A stretch of 64,000 bases of DNA from Eledone cirrhosa. Its lineage: Eukaryota. Below, piece by piece: positions 62,793-64,000 of the stretch. The notes beneath the pieces were generated by a model, which was not told the origin of the DNA, did no database searches, and saw only the letters and a program-made list of their open reading frames with translations. Numbering within the stretch: position 1 is the first letter of the stretch; each line of letters starts with the position of its first letter. The translations under genes and the position numbers were made by a program. The stretch spans positions 169,446,001 through 169,510,000 of the forward strand of contig OZ024741.1 in the NCBI GenBank assembly GCA_964016885.1, in the 5' to 3' direction.

Positions 62793-64000
62793 AATACACT
62801 GTCTTCTCCCAACCATCCTTCCATTGTTTCTCCACATTACACTGAGAGTCTTACTCTTTCCACTGTCAACATCTTGGACATTGCTCCTTTATATTTACAT
62901 TCACTGTCAGGTTTATCTTGAAAGTATACAGACCACAAAGATTGAGAAGAATTATTTAGCCTTGCAGTGGACAAGACAGCTTCTTTAGTGTTGGTACCAG
63001 ATTAAATGCATCCAGTACATTCTGTAAAGTTGTTGTTTAAACAGTGACAACATAAGGTAGGGGGGATTCTTTATGGCACATTCTCTGGAACTGGTGTAGC
63101 AATAAAATACACCCAGTACCCTCTGTAAAGCAGTTGGTGTTACGAAGGACATCCAGCCATAGAAATCTTGCCAAAACTGGAACATACGAGTGAGAAGTGG
63201 TCTTCTTACTCATCTAGCAATTCAATAACTGATTAAGAATTGACTCAGACTACAACAATCCTCCAACCCATGCCAGAATGGAAAGTGGACATAAAATGAT
63301 GACACATATGTTTCATATTCTTGTTTTTCTAGAATGCTTAAAGTAAATGGCAACATTCCAGATTGTATTGTGAGATAAGGTGTCTTTTAATACAATTTAA
63401 TAAAAACTTGTTTTTTAAATATATAAATTTTCTAACAAGTTTTGTTTTAATTAATTAATGAAGAATTTTTAATGATTAATTATTTCATTATTACTATAGT
63501 AACTTAACACATGCTTTTAAATTAAAATTGTGTTGGGAAGATTTTAATTTAAATATGAATCTTTAAAATGGGTGGCTTTGTTTTAATAGAACCAGAGCCA
63601 GGTTTTGACTGGGTTGGTACCAAAATAGTTAATATCTAGTTAAAATTAGGATGTTGGGGACTGTCTTTAAAATGTAGGTGTGGACTCCACAATTTTCAGA
63701 AAATTGTACAATGGTTCTGTGACAAAATAACATTCAGAACCATTGCTGTAGAACATTAACATGATGTCACTATTATATTATTACCATTGTATGCTGTCAG
63801 CAACACTTAACATCATCATCATTATATAAAAGCTTATGGATAGTGTAATTGCAGAAAACTAATTTCAGTTTGATGATAAACAGTAAATAATATATTATAT
63901 CATAAACTGTATATAAGTTTTAACATTTGATATTTTTATAATCTGTGAAACAGTATATTTGTTGTTTATTATTGTTTTAAACTGTATAATATTAGATAGA

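Overview
AT-rich, repeat-dense eukaryotic DNA; the SINE/RTE repeats and abundant (TA)n suggest a cephalopod such as octopus (inference). The first 10.7 kb is the end of a tandem U1 snRNA gene array. Each unit is a ~450 bp upstream flank, a variant U1 gene, a downstream spacer and a CR1-like LINE remnant ending in (ATT)n. A Tx1-like non-LTR retrotransposon sits in that same (ATT)n site in two consecutive units. One copy is full length (~6.0 kb, intact APE-RT ORF2) and the other is visible only as its 3' end. A third, empty site is present at ~10.6 kb, which points to a site-specific element targeting the U1 array spacer. The array then joins directly onto a ~15 kb, highly homogeneous 227-bp GC/CpG-rich satellite. 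After it come an N gap, long (TA)/(TACA) microsatellites and a SOCS4/5-type gene on the minus strand. The remainder is non-coding DNA with RTE LINE, SINE, mariner/Tc1 and piggyBac-MITE remnants. It also holds several long fold-back palindromes, some carrying hammerhead-ribozyme cores typical of Penelope-like elements.
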